Origin: an uncultured Planctomycetota bacterium | GTDB taxonomy: Bacteria > Planctomycetota > Phycisphaerae > Tepidisphaerales > Tepidisphaeraceae | Direction of reading: 5' to 3' | DNA: 64,000 bases | NCBI GenBank assembly: GCA_963841915.1 | Contig: CAWJEN010000006.1 | Span: forward strand, 992,001-1,056,000 | Part shown: positions 19,875-29,610 of the stretch, piece by piece | How the letters are laid out: the number at the start of each line of letters is the position of its first letter | Numbering within the stretch: position 1 is the first letter of the stretch | The notes under the pieces: model-generated | What the model saw: the letters and a program-made list of their open reading frames with translations, nothing else | Databases searched by the model: none | What the model was told of the DNA's origin: nothing | Program-made: the position numbers and the translations under genes

Positions 19875-20285
19875 ATGCCACGCGGACGCCCCAAGAAGCA
19901 GCCATCTATCGCCGAACTTCAAGAGATGATCCGCGCTCGTCGCGGAGAACGGACCAAACTCCTCGGTGAGCGAAAGAAGGTCCAGGCTAAGCTAGACAAG
20001 ATCGATCGTCAGATTGCCGCCTATGACGGCGACGATGGCAACGGTGGTGGTGGCTACGGCAGCCGCCCGCGGAACGCTAAGCCCCTGCCCGATGTCATCG
20101 CCGACGTATTCAAGGCGAACAGTAACAAGACGATGCGCATCAAGGATGTCGCGGAAGCCGTCGAGAAAGCCGGCTACCAAAGCAACAGCAGCAATTTCCG
20201 CGGTATCGTCAACCAGACGCTCATCAAAGAAGCTCGGTTCAAGCAAGAGGGTCGCGGCGCTTATCGCCTCGCCAAGGGAGGCTAG
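19875..20285 (+). CDS. Small basic protein: AT-hook-like motif + coiled coil + putative winged helix
   Basis: MPRGRPKK; coiled coil; Gly linker; LPDVIADVF...MRIKDVAEAVEKAGY...IVNQTL...FKQEGRGAYRL. Confidence 0.7.
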   Translation: MPRGRPKKQPSIAELQEMIRARRGERTKLLGERKKVQAKLDKIDRQIAAYDGDDGNGGGGYGSRPRNAKPLPDVIADVFKANSNKTMRIKDVAEAVEKAGYQSNSSNFRGIVNQTLIKEARFKQEGRGAYRLAKGG

Positions 20286-20332
20286 CCCCTTCACCCTGAG
20301 ATGAGGCTGTGTCCATTGCCTCAAAAAGTTGA

Positions 20333-20362
20333 CCGTGCGTGTTTGGGATCAGACACGCACGG
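20333..20362. terminator. Hairpin between convergent genes
   Basis: CCGTGCGTGT / ACACGCACGG 10-bp stem. Confidence 0.45.
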
Positions 20363-20418
20363 CGCTTGCTTTGGAAGAGACCATCCATCGACCGATGGAT
20401 ACGAGACATTGCGTTAAG

Positions 20419-20838
20419 CTAGTATAGTGGTCCGTCGCCGACATCGCTGTTCCACAAATTGATACCGCCGGCAAGGCTCTTGACGTTGTCAAAGCCTTGA
20501 TTCCTTAGTGCATCTACGAAGGTGAGTGATCGGACGCCGCTGCGACAGTAGATGACGAGCTCCTTCGCCCGGAGCGGCTCGACGACCTCGTCGAAGCATT
20601 GCGCGAGCGACTGCAGCGGAACGAGCATCGACGGCTCTATCTTCGTGATTTCACGCTCGTGAGGAAGTCGACAATCGATGAGGATGACGTCACGGCGCTG
20701 TTTTAAAGCGGCGTAGAGTTGACGTGGCGTAATTTCACGAGAGTCATCTAGCCGATATCCTGCCGGCAAGCCACCTGCATCGAGCGCTTCTTGAGGTTCA
20801 TCTGGCACGTCGGATGGTAGACGCGAGCAGGTTGGCAT
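20419..20838 (-). CDS. Rhodanese-domain protein
   Basis: LIDCRLPHE, IYCRSGVRS, VKSLAGGINLW. Confidence 0.85.
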   Translation of the reverse strand: MPTCSRLPSDVPDEPQEALDAGGLPAGYRLDDSREITPRQLYAALKQRRDVILIDCRLPHEREITKIEPSMLVPLQSLAQCFDEVVEPLRAKELVIYCRSGVRSLTFVDALRNQGFDNVKSLAGGINLWNSDVGDGPLY

Positions 20839-20854
20839 TCGCTATGATGCGATC

Positions 20855-21586
20855 ATGCAACGTGTCATGATCGCTCTGGTTGGCCTGCTCACGACTGCCG
20901 CCCTGGCGAGCGCAGACAAGTCTTACGACGCGCTGCTGAAGCAATACGTCACGCCCAACGGCTTCGTCAACTACGACGGGCTCGCAGCCGATCGAGAGTC
21001 GCTCGACACCTACATCGGCGGTTTGGCGACAGTGGACCTTGCGTCGCTGTCTGGTGACGATCGGCTCGCGACGCTCATCAACGCATACAACGCCTTCATG
21101 CTCGAGACGATTCTCGAGAACCGACCGATTGACAAAGTCACTGACATCGATGGCGTCTTCAAGCAGGAGCGGTTCATTCTCGCCGGCGAGCCGGTGTCAC
21201 TGGACGAGGTGGAGCACGAGATGATCCGCAAGCAGTTTGACGAGCCGAGGATCCACTGGGCCGTCAATTGCGCCGCCTTATCGTGCCCGCCGCTCCGGGC
21301 CGAGGCATACACCGGCGAGCGGCTCGAGGAGCAGTTGGCCGACCAGACGCAACGCGTGCACGCCGATGCGAAGTTTGTCGACTACGACGGCGGTGACACG
21401 ATCACACTGAGCGGTTTGTACAGCTACTACGCCGACGACTTCAAGCAAGGCCACGACAGCGTCTTGCCGTACGTCGCGCAGTACGTGCCGGCACTGAGGG
21501 AGCAGCTCGAAGCCGGAAATGCTCCGTCCATCGAGTACAACAAGTACGATTGGACGCCCAACGATGCCGCTCTGCACGCAGATTGA
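20855..21586 (+). CDS. Secreted DUF547 protein
   Basis: Signal peptide; INAYNA, SLDEVEH, EPRIHWAVNCAALSCPPL, WTPND. Confidence 0.85.
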   Translation: MQRVMIALVGLLTTAALASADKSYDALLKQYVTPNGFVNYDGLAADRESLDTYIGGLATVDLASLSGDDRLATLINAYNAFMLETILENRPIDKVTDIDGVFKQERFILAGEPVSLDEVEHEMIRKQFDEPRIHWAVNCAALSCPPLRAEAYTGERLEEQLADQTQRVHADAKFVDYDGGDTITLSGLYSYYADDFKQGHDSVLPYVAQYVPALREQLEAGNAPSIEYNKYDWTPNDAALHAD

Positions 21587-21624
21587 AGCGTGATGATCGT
21601 CAGCCTTGCTAACCCGGAGGAGCT

Positions 21625-22944
21625 ATGAGAAAGATCCTTACCGCCGCCTTGTTGTTGAGCCTCGCTGCTTCAACGGCGACAGGTGATGTGCTTGTACTCA
21701 TCGACGGCGAGCAAATCGTCGGCGAGGTGCGGCGAGAGCATCGCAATGGGCAGGACGGCTACCTTGTCAGCATCGGCAACGAGCAACGCTTCATCCGGCT
21801 CGATCGCGTGCGACGCCATGTCATCGGTCGCGACACGGTGGAGGCACCGGAGCCGCTTGGAGATGCATCAGAGGACGCAATTCGCCTCGAGTCGCTACGA
21901 CGCGCGACGGCTGGCTTGACCGATATAGACCTCACTCTGAAGAAGTACGACGCGTTTCTCGATGATGCGATGGACGCAGCGGTCGTGATTGCTGCCAATG
22001 CCGATCGTCGTCAATGGGAACTTCGACAGGTCGGCGGATTCGTCAAGGTCGGCGACGACTGGATGACGCCAGCCGACCGCCAGACGCTGCTCGCCGCAGC
22101 GCTGGCCCGCATCGATGACGCTCGTCAAGCCGTTTCGCAGGACGCAGCAGACGCTTTGCCTTTGGTAGAGTCGCTACTGGCTGATCCGCTGACCCAGCCG
22201 GCAGGCGCGTACCTGTCGGGGGTCGTCGCACTGCAGGCGGGTCAACTTTCAACCGCCCGTCAGCAGTTTGAGCGTGTACGGGCGGTCAATCCGACGCACG
22301 CACCGACGCTGGTCAACCTAGCCGTGATTCAGACGCAACTCGGTCGACCGGAGCGGGCGACGTGGTTCATGGCAGAGGCCATCGCTGCGGCATCCGACCG
22401 TCGCTCCGTACTCGACGCGGCCGCAGAGTTGCTGAACATGCTCGATGAACCGCGTGACCGCAACGCCGAGAAACTGGCGGCGGTCTTTGCAGAACACGAT
22501 AAGACGATGCAGCAACAGCTCAAGGAACAGGGCCTTTATCGATACGGTGGCATCTGGATCGACGCAGAACGACGCAAAGCTATCGAGGAAGAGCAGGCGG
22601 AGGTAGAAGCAGCAGTGGGCGAGCTCAAGTCGCAGTACGACACGCTGGCCCAGGAGATCCGCCTGATCGAGCGGGAGGTGTCTGCCAACGAGGCAGCGAT
22701 GCGGCAGATCGAGATTCAGAGCACTGTCCGCGACGCAGAAGGTCGCTTGATCCGCCTGCCGTTACCGGCCGAATTCGGCAGACTTCAGGCGGACAATGAG
22801 CGGTTGATCGTTGACCGGAACCAGCTTGTCGCTCAAGCCACACAGCTGGAGAACGAGGCCCAACAGCTTCGACAGGCCGTCGACCGAGGCTCGTTCACCG
22901 GCAAGATGGAACCCGTTGGCGCTGACGGTGTGCCGGTGCCTTGA
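21625..22944 (+). CDS. Secreted TPR/coiled-coil hypothetical protein
   Basis: Signal peptide; TPR-like YLSGVVAL...ARQQFERV...P...LVNLAVI; C-terminal coiled coil. Confidence 0.65.
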   Translation: MRKILTAALLLSLAASTATGDVLVLIDGEQIVGEVRREHRNGQDGYLVSIGNEQRFIRLDRVRRHVIGRDTVEAPEPLGDASEDAIRLESLRRATAGLTDIDLTLKKYDAFLDDAMDAAVVIAANADRRQWELRQVGGFVKVGDDWMTPADRQTLLAAALARIDDARQAVSQDAADALPLVESLLADPLTQPAGAYLSGVVALQAGQLSTARQQFERVRAVNPTHAPTLVNLAVIQTQLGRPERATWFMAEAIAAASDRRSVLDAAAELLNMLDEPRDRNAEKLAAVFAEHDKTMQQQLKEQGLYRYGGIWIDAERRKAIEEEQAEVEAAVGELKSQYDTLAQEIRLIEREVSANEAAMRQIEIQSTVRDAEGRLIRLPLPAEFGRLQADNERLIVDRNQLVAQATQLENEAQQLRQAVDRGSFTGKMEPVGADGVPVP

Positions 22945-22956
22945 AAAAGCCGTCGC

Positions 22957-24981
22957 TCAAGCACCGGCCAACACAGGCTGCGGCGTGATGACGTCGCGGT
23001 GAATTCGTTCTTCGAAAGCATCTTCTATAGGCGTCGCGTCGAGTTCTTCGCCCTGCCGGACCAGTCGGGCCGAGTTGAAGACGACGATGATGCTTGACAG
23101 CGTTTGCAACGCAGCGGCAACGATCGGGTCGATATAGCCGGCCGCGGCCAGCAGGCCGAAGACGATGATGAAGGCCAGGCTGATGCCGATGCCTTGCATA
23201 ATCACGCGGCCGCTTTGACGCGCCAGACGCTGCAAGAACGGCACGCGGTCCAGCCGGTTGTTCATGAGCGCGACGTTGGCACTGCTAATGGCGACGTCGC
23301 TACCGGCGGCACCCATGGCGATGCTGAGATCGCCCGCTGCCAAGGCCGGTGCGTCGTTGACGCCGTCACCGACGACGGCAGTGACGAGGCCCTTCTGCTT
23401 AAGACCCTCGACCACTTTGAGCTTGTCGGCAGGCAGCACTTCGCCCTGTACGTCGGTGCAGCCGGTCTCTGCCGCGACACGCCGGGCGACGCTCCAACGG
23501 TCACCGCTGACCATGACCACCTGGCGGACGCCTTGCGTTTTGAGCAGGCTGACAGCTTCGGCAGCGTCGTCGCGGACCTTATCCTCCAAGCCGATCCAGC
23601 CGAGCAGCCTGCCGCCGCGGGCGACGTAGAGCACGCTGATGCCGTCCGGCGGTTGCTTGTCTTCGGCGAGCTCTACCGCGACGCCGTTGTCACCAAGCCA
23701 CGCCTCGCGACCGACGACGATGGTGTCGCCGTTGATGCGTCCGCGGACACCGAGGCCGCCCGTCTCTTCGAAGTCTTCAACCGGATCGACCTGCACGCGG
23801 GCCCGCTCGGCTGTTGCGACAACGGCTCGCGCAACGGGGTGCGTCGAGTTTTTCTCGACTGCGACGGCTGCGGCAAGCAGGTCGGCCGGCTCGACGCCGT
23901 CGACGGGTGCCAGGCGAGAAACGCTCAGGCGGCCAGTGGTGAGGGTGCCCGTCTTGTCGAGTACAACCGCAGAGAGATTTCGTGCCCGCTCGAGAACGCT
24001 GACATCTTTGATGAGAATGCCGAGCCGTGCCGCCGCAGATAAAGCGGCAACCATGGCGGTCGGCGTGGCGAGGATGATGCCGGCCGGGCTGCCGACAATG
24101 AGCAGCGCGACAAATCGGGGTGTGTCGTTCGTAAAGAACCAGACGACGGCTGCCACCATCAGCATCGTCGGGGTGTGATAGCTTGCGTAGGCGTCGGCGA
24201 GGCGCTGGGTGGCCGTCTTGCTCTGCTCCGCGTGGAGCACCAGATCCTGAACGCGGCCCAGCGTCGTGTCGCTGCCGGCGTGGGTGATGCGGACGTCGAG
24301 AGCGCCGGTCAGATTCGTCGTGCCACCGAAGACATCGGTGCCCTCGTCGACATCAACCGGCAGCGACTCGCCGGTGATGTTTGCCTGGTTGATGCTGCTC
24401 GTACCGCGAACGATCGTGCCGTCGCCCGGCAGGTTGTCACCCGGCTTGACGCGGACAACATCGCCGGGCTGCAGGTCTTTGGCCTCGACCTGCGACTCGC
24501 TGCCGTCGTCGTTGATCTTGAGCGCCGTAGTCGGCGTCAGGCGGAGCAACCGCTCGATCGTCCGCCGCGCGCCGAGAGCGGTACGGCTTTCGATGAGCGT
24601 CGACAGCGTCATGAAGAACGCGATCCAGCCAGCCGTCGTGTAAAGCGACTCTGCAAAGGCTGCCAGAACGGCCACCGCGGCAAGAACGCTGACGCCGAGC
24701 CGGCCTTGCCAAATGTCCTTCAGCGCGTCGACGATGATCGGAACGCCGAGCAGCAACGCTGCGAGGATGGCTGCGACGCTCGCATGGAAGTTGGCACCGC
24801 CTGCCGCGTCGTCGAAGGCGAAGCTGGCGGCGAATGCGACGAGCAACAGCACACCGCCGAAGAGCGTCATCACCAGCCGTGGCCCCACGGAGCGGGTCTC
24901 GCTCGGCTGATGGTCGGCCGGCTTTGCCGGTGTCGAGGCGGCGGTGGACTCGAAGATCGACGAAGGGCTTGCGGTGGTCAT
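22957..24981 (-). CDS. P1B-type cation-translocating ATPase
   Basis: TGES, DKTGTLT, STHP, VSGD, GDGVND; GGAG RBS upstream of ATG 24981. The TM metal motif reads SPA. Confidence 0.9.
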   Translation of the reverse strand: MTTASPSSIFESTAASTPAKPADHQPSETRSVGPRLVMTLFGGVLLLVAFAASFAFDDAAGGANFHASVAAILAALLLGVPIIVDALKDIWQGRLGVSVLAAVAVLAAFAESLYTTAGWIAFFMTLSTLIESRTALGARRTIERLLRLTPTTALKINDDGSESQVEAKDLQPGDVVRVKPGDNLPGDGTIVRGTSSINQANITGESLPVDVDEGTDVFGGTTNLTGALDVRITHAGSDTTLGRVQDLVLHAEQSKTATQRLADAYASYHTPTMLMVAAVVWFFTNDTPRFVALLIVGSPAGIILATPTAMVAALSAAARLGILIKDVSVLERARNLSAVVLDKTGTLTTGRLSVSRLAPVDGVEPADLLAAAVAVEKNSTHPVARAVVATAERARVQVDPVEDFEETGGLGVRGRINGDTIVVGREAWLGDNGVAVELAEDKQPPDGISVLYVARGGRLLGWIGLEDKVRDDAAEAVSLLKTQGVRQVVMVSGDRWSVARRVAAETGCTDVQGEVLPADKLKVVEGLKQKGLVTAVVGDGVNDAPALAAGDLSIAMGAAGSDVAISSANVALMNNRLDRVPFLQRLARQSGRVIMQGIGISLAFIIVFGLLAAAGYIDPIVAAALQTLSSIIVVFNSARLVRQGEELDATPIEDAFEERIHRDVITPQPVLAGA

Positions 24982-25045
24982 GCGTCGGCTCCTGCCAACC
25001 GTAGTGCCGTCGGACTTCGGATCCAAAAGCGCCTGATGCCCGCCG

Positions 25046-26041
25046 CTACGAAGCGTCGCGCGTCTGGAACAGTGCGACGGCTAACGCGAGGATGCCGACA
25101 ATCAACGCCAGGCCGTAAAGCGAGACAAGACCAACGTACTGCCAGCCGACATCGGCGATGGAACCCTGCGACAAGGCGTCGCTGAGCCAGTAAAACTGCA
25201 GATTTGGAATGGCGGCGTAACCGATCTGTGCCCACGAGGCGATGCCGGTGCCGCTTTCGTTGGCTGCGTTGACGAGACGACCAAAGGTGTAGTCACTGGT
25301 CAGCCCGAGCAGGAAGACGACGAGCATGATCGACAGCGTCGCCGCCTGACCAAGCCGCGTGCTGCACGCGACGGCAACGGCGGCGAACAACATCGTGGCC
25401 TCTAAGATCATGAAGGCCGCCAGCCACTGCCCGCGTGAGAAGACCTCGCCCGTCGGTTCTGCTGCAAAAGCATGATCAAAAGGAGCAGCCGCCAGAAGGC
25501 CCACAGGCAGCAGAATGGCCAGCCACCGGGCGGTTGTGCTGCCGAACGGCTTGCCGAACAGGTAATTGGCCGCCCCACCGATGACGACGCCGCCGAGTAA
25601 AGCCACGCCACCGAAAACCAGCACCGGAGCGTCCCAAGGCGTGCTGACGGTGCTGAAGGCACCTTGCCGGATCGCCAGCACGTGGACGATGGTCCAAACC
25701 CACCAGGCCAGGGCCAGAGCTACAGCGATGCCGATGTATTTGCCCAGGACGAACACCGGCCGTGCCAGCGGCTTGCTGATGACGGTCAACGCTGTCTTGT
25801 CTTCAATTTCACGACTGACGACGCCACTGGCGGAGAAAGCGGCCAAGACGAGTCCGCCGATGAGCAACATCGACAGACCCATGTCGGTCGCCAGCATATC
25901 ATCGTCGTCAAACGTGTAGGCGGCGAGGAACGGGCTGAGGATCAGGGCAAAGATCACGACGCCGAGCCACACGATGTAAAACGGCTGACGGACCGCTTCT
26001 ACAAGCGCATTACGAGCGACGGCGTAGAGCTGAATCAACAT
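25046..26041 (-). CDS. ABC-2-type membrane permease
   Basis: AVARNALVEAVRQP, SREIEDKTALTVISKPLARPVFVLGKYIG; multiple TM helices. Confidence 0.8.
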   Translation of the reverse strand: MLIQLYAVARNALVEAVRQPFYIVWLGVVIFALILSPFLAAYTFDDDDMLATDMGLSMLLIGGLVLAAFSASGVVSREIEDKTALTVISKPLARPVFVLGKYIGIAVALALAWWVWTIVHVLAIRQGAFSTVSTPWDAPVLVFGGVALLGGVVIGGAANYLFGKPFGSTTARWLAILLPVGLLAAAPFDHAFAAEPTGEVFSRGQWLAAFMILEATMLFAAVAVACSTRLGQAATLSIMLVVFLLGLTSDYTFGRLVNAANESGTGIASWAQIGYAAIPNLQFYWLSDALSQGSIADVGWQYVGLVSLYGLALIVGILALAVALFQTRDAS

Positions 26042-26557
26042 GAGTCGGACGCCGGGAAGCGGCGGATCACGATAGCTTAGCCGACAACGCGTCGGCCAAA
26101 ATCTCAGTCCAACCTGATCGCACGCCGTCGACCGTAAAGCCGTAAGCGATGACCGCCGAGTCGGTCCCGATGCCAAGGCCCTAGACGTTGCCGCCGATCC
26201 GGTCGTTGATATTCAATGGACCGGTCCACCCGACCTCCGCGTTGTTCCGGACTCGTATGTCCGGCCGAAGCAGGCAAGTGAACTTCCCATCGATTTCGTC
26301 AATTGCATCGAGCCGAAAGTCCGCCTGTCGCCCGTCGGACGAGTTGGCGAAGGCGTTGTCGTCGCTGAAGTCGATCTGCAGATTGGCGAGGCTGCGGAAT
26401 TCGCAGTGGTCGAATCACTCGATAATCAGCAGCAGCGACACGTCGCGGCTTCACCATCTACGCGTGGTGTGTCGTCGCAGACCCTGCCGGTGGCCCGGCA
26501 GTCGGCTGCAACGCTACAGTCGGCGGCGCGTTACCTTGCAACGCCGCAAGAGGAGCC

Positions 26558-28606
26558 ATGGCCGACGCGACCCCACGACTTAGCCCGCCCGACGCCGCAC
26601 CAGAATCAATGGCTGAGCAAGGTCGCGTCGTCGCCGCCTCGCTCGGCGGACTCGGCATGCAGTTTGTGCTTGTCGCGGTCGCACTCGGCCTGCTGACGAC
26701 CGGCAACCTCAACGGCCTGGGCCTAATCCCGTTTACGCTCGCCGGCTTGTTGCCGTGGGCGGCAGCGGTTGTTGCGGCAATCCTTCGCAAAGCCCGTGCA
26801 ACCGAGGCGTACGAGCTCGAAGCCGCACGACGCGGTGGCGAGGCGGCACGGACGATCTTCGAGAGCGAGATCGACGCCCGACCCGCAGGCCGCAGGCTCG
26901 AACGCTTCCTCAAGCTCGGCCTGCCGATCATCGGTGGCATTGTCGGCATCTTCCTGCTCTACAACGGGCTGACGATCCTGCGCACCGTCCTGGTCCTGCG
27001 GCAAAGGCCCTTCACCGCGCCCGACCTGCTGGCAGGTGTGACCGGTGCGGCAGCGTTCTTCGGGTTCGTCGCAGGCTTCTACCTCCTGGGGCTCGGCGGC
27101 TCGCTGAAGCGGCCGGTGCTGCGTGGTGCGGCGGTTTACCTGCTCGGCACGGTCATCCTGTTCGCCCTCGTCGCCGCTGCTGCCGCTATCGAGGCGGCGG
27201 TTGGGATCCGCGTCGTCTCAATCGTCGTCTACTACGCCCTGCCGATCATCACGTTGATTGTCGGTGTCGAGATTCTGCTTAATCTGGTTCTTGAGCTCTA
27301 TCGTCCGGCGGCGACGGGTGAAACAGTCGACAGCGCCCGGCCGGCGTTCAACCCACGCGTTGTCGAGTTCGCCGTCAGCCCGGGCGGGGTCGTTCGTCAG
27401 CTCAACGAGGCCTTCCGCTATCAATTCGGCTTCGAAGTCACCCAGTCGTGGTTCGTCGGCGTCCTCCGGAAGTCGGCCGCTTTGCTGCTGCTCGTCGGGG
27501 CTCTCATCCTCGTCCTGCTGAGCACACTCGTCGTCGTCAGGCCCCACCAGCGTGGTCTCGTCACGACATTCGGCCGGCTCGACAACGCGTCGCTCGAGCC
27601 TGGACTGCACGTCAAGTGGCCTTGGCCGATCAGCCGAGCCAGACTCGTGGAGACCGGCCGCATACGCACGCTTGTCGTCGGCACGGAAACCGACCTCGTC
27701 AACCATTCGAGCTATCTGTGGTCCAACCAGCACACGCAAAACAACGGCCTGCTGATCGTCAGTGGCACCGGGCAGACCGGCGAGGCTGCCGGCCCGGCCA
27801 TTGGTTTGGCCGCGGCAGATCTGCTTGTGCAATGGCGTGTGGATGAGAATCAGGTGCACGACTTCGTGGCCGGCTACGCCGAACCGACGCGACGGCTCCA
27901 GACGCTCGCCGACCAGGCGCTTGCCCGAGAGATTGCCAGGTACGACATCGACAGCGCGATCGGCTCGCGGCGGACGGACGTTGCCGCGGCCGTCGAGACG
28001 CGGCTTCGGTCGGCCGTCGATGGTGACCGGCTCGGCATCGATATCGTCAGCGTCGGGCTCAAGAGCGTTCGCCCGCCTGTCGAGGCGGCAGAGGCCTTCA
28101 ACGCCAGCGTCGCCGCCGAGCAGGACAGCGTCCGACTGGTCAAGGAAGGCGAAGCTCAGCGAGACGGCCTGCTGGCCCAGGTCGCCGGTTCGACCGAGCG
28201 GGCCTTGGAGCTGAGCTCGCGCATTCGCGCGTTGGAGCGGGCTGTTGTCGCCGAGGATGCCGACGCCGCTGATTTGTCTCGCACGGAGGCCGAGATCACG
28301 ACGGACCTGCTCGCCGGTGGCGGGTCGGCATCGGAGAACCTGCTGCAGGCCCGTGCCGTTCGTTGGCAGAGCGAGAACTCTGCCCGCAGCCGCACGGCTA
28401 GAGCTCGCGCCCTCGTTGAACCTTTCGCCAAGGCAGCGGACGTATTCCGCAAGCGGCTGTACCTCGAAGCCATCCGCGGGTCGCTCGCTGATCGGGCCAA
28501 AGATATTTACCTCACACCGAGTCCGGTGCAAATGGAGTTCGAAGGGGAAAGTGGCCTAGGCATCCGTGGTGCCGGCGGCCTGCGGATGCCCGAAGGTGAG
28601 CAGTAA
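26558..28606 (+). CDS. SPFH/Band-7 (HflK-like) protein with multi-TM N-terminal domain
   Basis: About six TM helices, then VVVRPHQRGLVTTFG...PGLHVKWPWPI...GIDIVSV...VRPP.EAAEAF...RLYLE. Confidence 0.85.
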   Translation: MADATPRLSPPDAAPESMAEQGRVVAASLGGLGMQFVLVAVALGLLTTGNLNGLGLIPFTLAGLLPWAAAVVAAILRKARATEAYELEAARRGGEAARTIFESEIDARPAGRRLERFLKLGLPIIGGIVGIFLLYNGLTILRTVLVLRQRPFTAPDLLAGVTGAAAFFGFVAGFYLLGLGGSLKRPVLRGAAVYLLGTVILFALVAAAAAIEAAVGIRVVSIVVYYALPIITLIVGVEILLNLVLELYRPAATGETVDSARPAFNPRVVEFAVSPGGVVRQLNEAFRYQFGFEVTQSWFVGVLRKSAALLLLVGALILVLLSTLVVVRPHQRGLVTTFGRLDNASLEPGLHVKWPWPISRARLVETGRIRTLVVGTETDLVNHSSYLWSNQHTQNNGLLIVSGTGQTGEAAGPAIGLAAADLLVQWRVDENQVHDFVAGYAEPTRRLQTLADQALAREIARYDIDSAIGSRRTDVAAAVETRLRSAVDGDRLGIDIVSVGLKSVRPPVEAAEAFNASVAAEQDSVRLVKEGEAQRDGLLAQVAGSTERALELSSRIRALERAVVAEDADAADLSRTEAEITTDLLAGGGSASENLLQARAVRWQSENSARSRTARARALVEPFAKAADVFRKRLYLEAIRGSLADRAKDIYLTPSPVQMEFEGESGLGIRGAGGLRMPEGEQ

Positions 28607-28645
28607 GCTTGAGACGAACCGCAATGCCAGGAGCTGTTTGACCCG

Positions 28646-29610
28646 ATGAATCGCCTGCTCAACATCCTCGTCGCCCTTGCCCTGTTGCTCGTGCTGATCG
28701 GCTATGCGGCGACGTACACCGTCTCCTTCAATGAGACGGCCATCGTTACGACGTTCGGCAGCGCCGGTGACGGCAGCGTAAAGAACGCCCCGCGTCAGGA
28801 CGGTGTGACCGAGGCCGATCCCAATGACGGCGGTGCCGGCCTCTACTTCAAGCTGCCCTGGCCGATTCAACAAGTCGCCGCCCGTTACGACACGCGGGTG
28901 CAATTGCTCGAAAGTGCCGTCGAACAGGCCACGACGGGGGATCAGCAGAGCATTGTGCTACGCGTCGCAGTGACGTGGCGGGTCGTGGATCCGCTGGCGT
29001 TCTACAAGTCGCTCGGCAGCCTCGGCGAGGCCGAGTCGCAGCTCCGTAATCGGATCCGCGCCGCCCGCGGCCTCATCGGTGACTACGACTTCAACGACCT
29101 GGCCAACATTGAGGGCACTGCGACTGCCGCCAGCGAACTGGCCGACCGCATGATGACCGGCGTGCAAAGCGGTGTTGACTCCAGCGGCTACGGCCTGGAG
29201 GTATTGGATCTCGAAGTGACGAAGCTTGAAGTGCCCCGCGGCGCAGTGACTGACAGCGTGGTGCAGCGCATGGCCTCGGAGCGGACGCTCCTTGCCGCCC
29301 GGCGCAGCAATCGGGTGCTGCGGGCCAGGCTCGGCTCATCACCGAGGGTCAGCAGAACGCGAGCGTCATCACCAGCTTCGCCGAAGAGCAGGCGGCTGAG
29401 ATTCGCAGTCGCGGCGAGGCGGCGGCGGCGGCGACGTTGGCCGAACTGACGGGCGAAGCTGCAGAATTGGCCGTGCTGCTCGACGAAATTGAGACCATTC
29501 GCCTGTCAGCCGGCAGCCGTGCCCGATTCTTCATCGACGCCGCGTCGTTCTACCCGCTCAATCGGCTCAGCGAATTCCTCGACGTGCCCGAGCCGAAGGA
29601 GCAGCCGTGA
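28646..29610 (+). CDS. SPFH (HflC-like) protein, frameshifted near 29300
   Basis: YTVSFNETAIVTTFG, GLYFKLPWPIQ, YDTRVQ, WRVVDPLAFY, QRMASER. It continues in the -1 frame (AQQSGAAGQARLITEG...AAEIRSRGEAAA) to TGA 29610, which overlaps the next GTG. Confidence 0.8.

Noticed and set aside
26181..26415. Minus-strand open frame FDHCEFRSLANLQIDF...GGNV*
   Set aside because: It has coding-like codon usage, but an in-frame TGA precedes it and no family is recognisable; possibly a remnant.
29290..29310. Programmed ribosomal frameshift in the hflC-like gene
   Set aside because: No X_XXY_YYZ slippery heptamer is present; a missing G in a short run explains the split.
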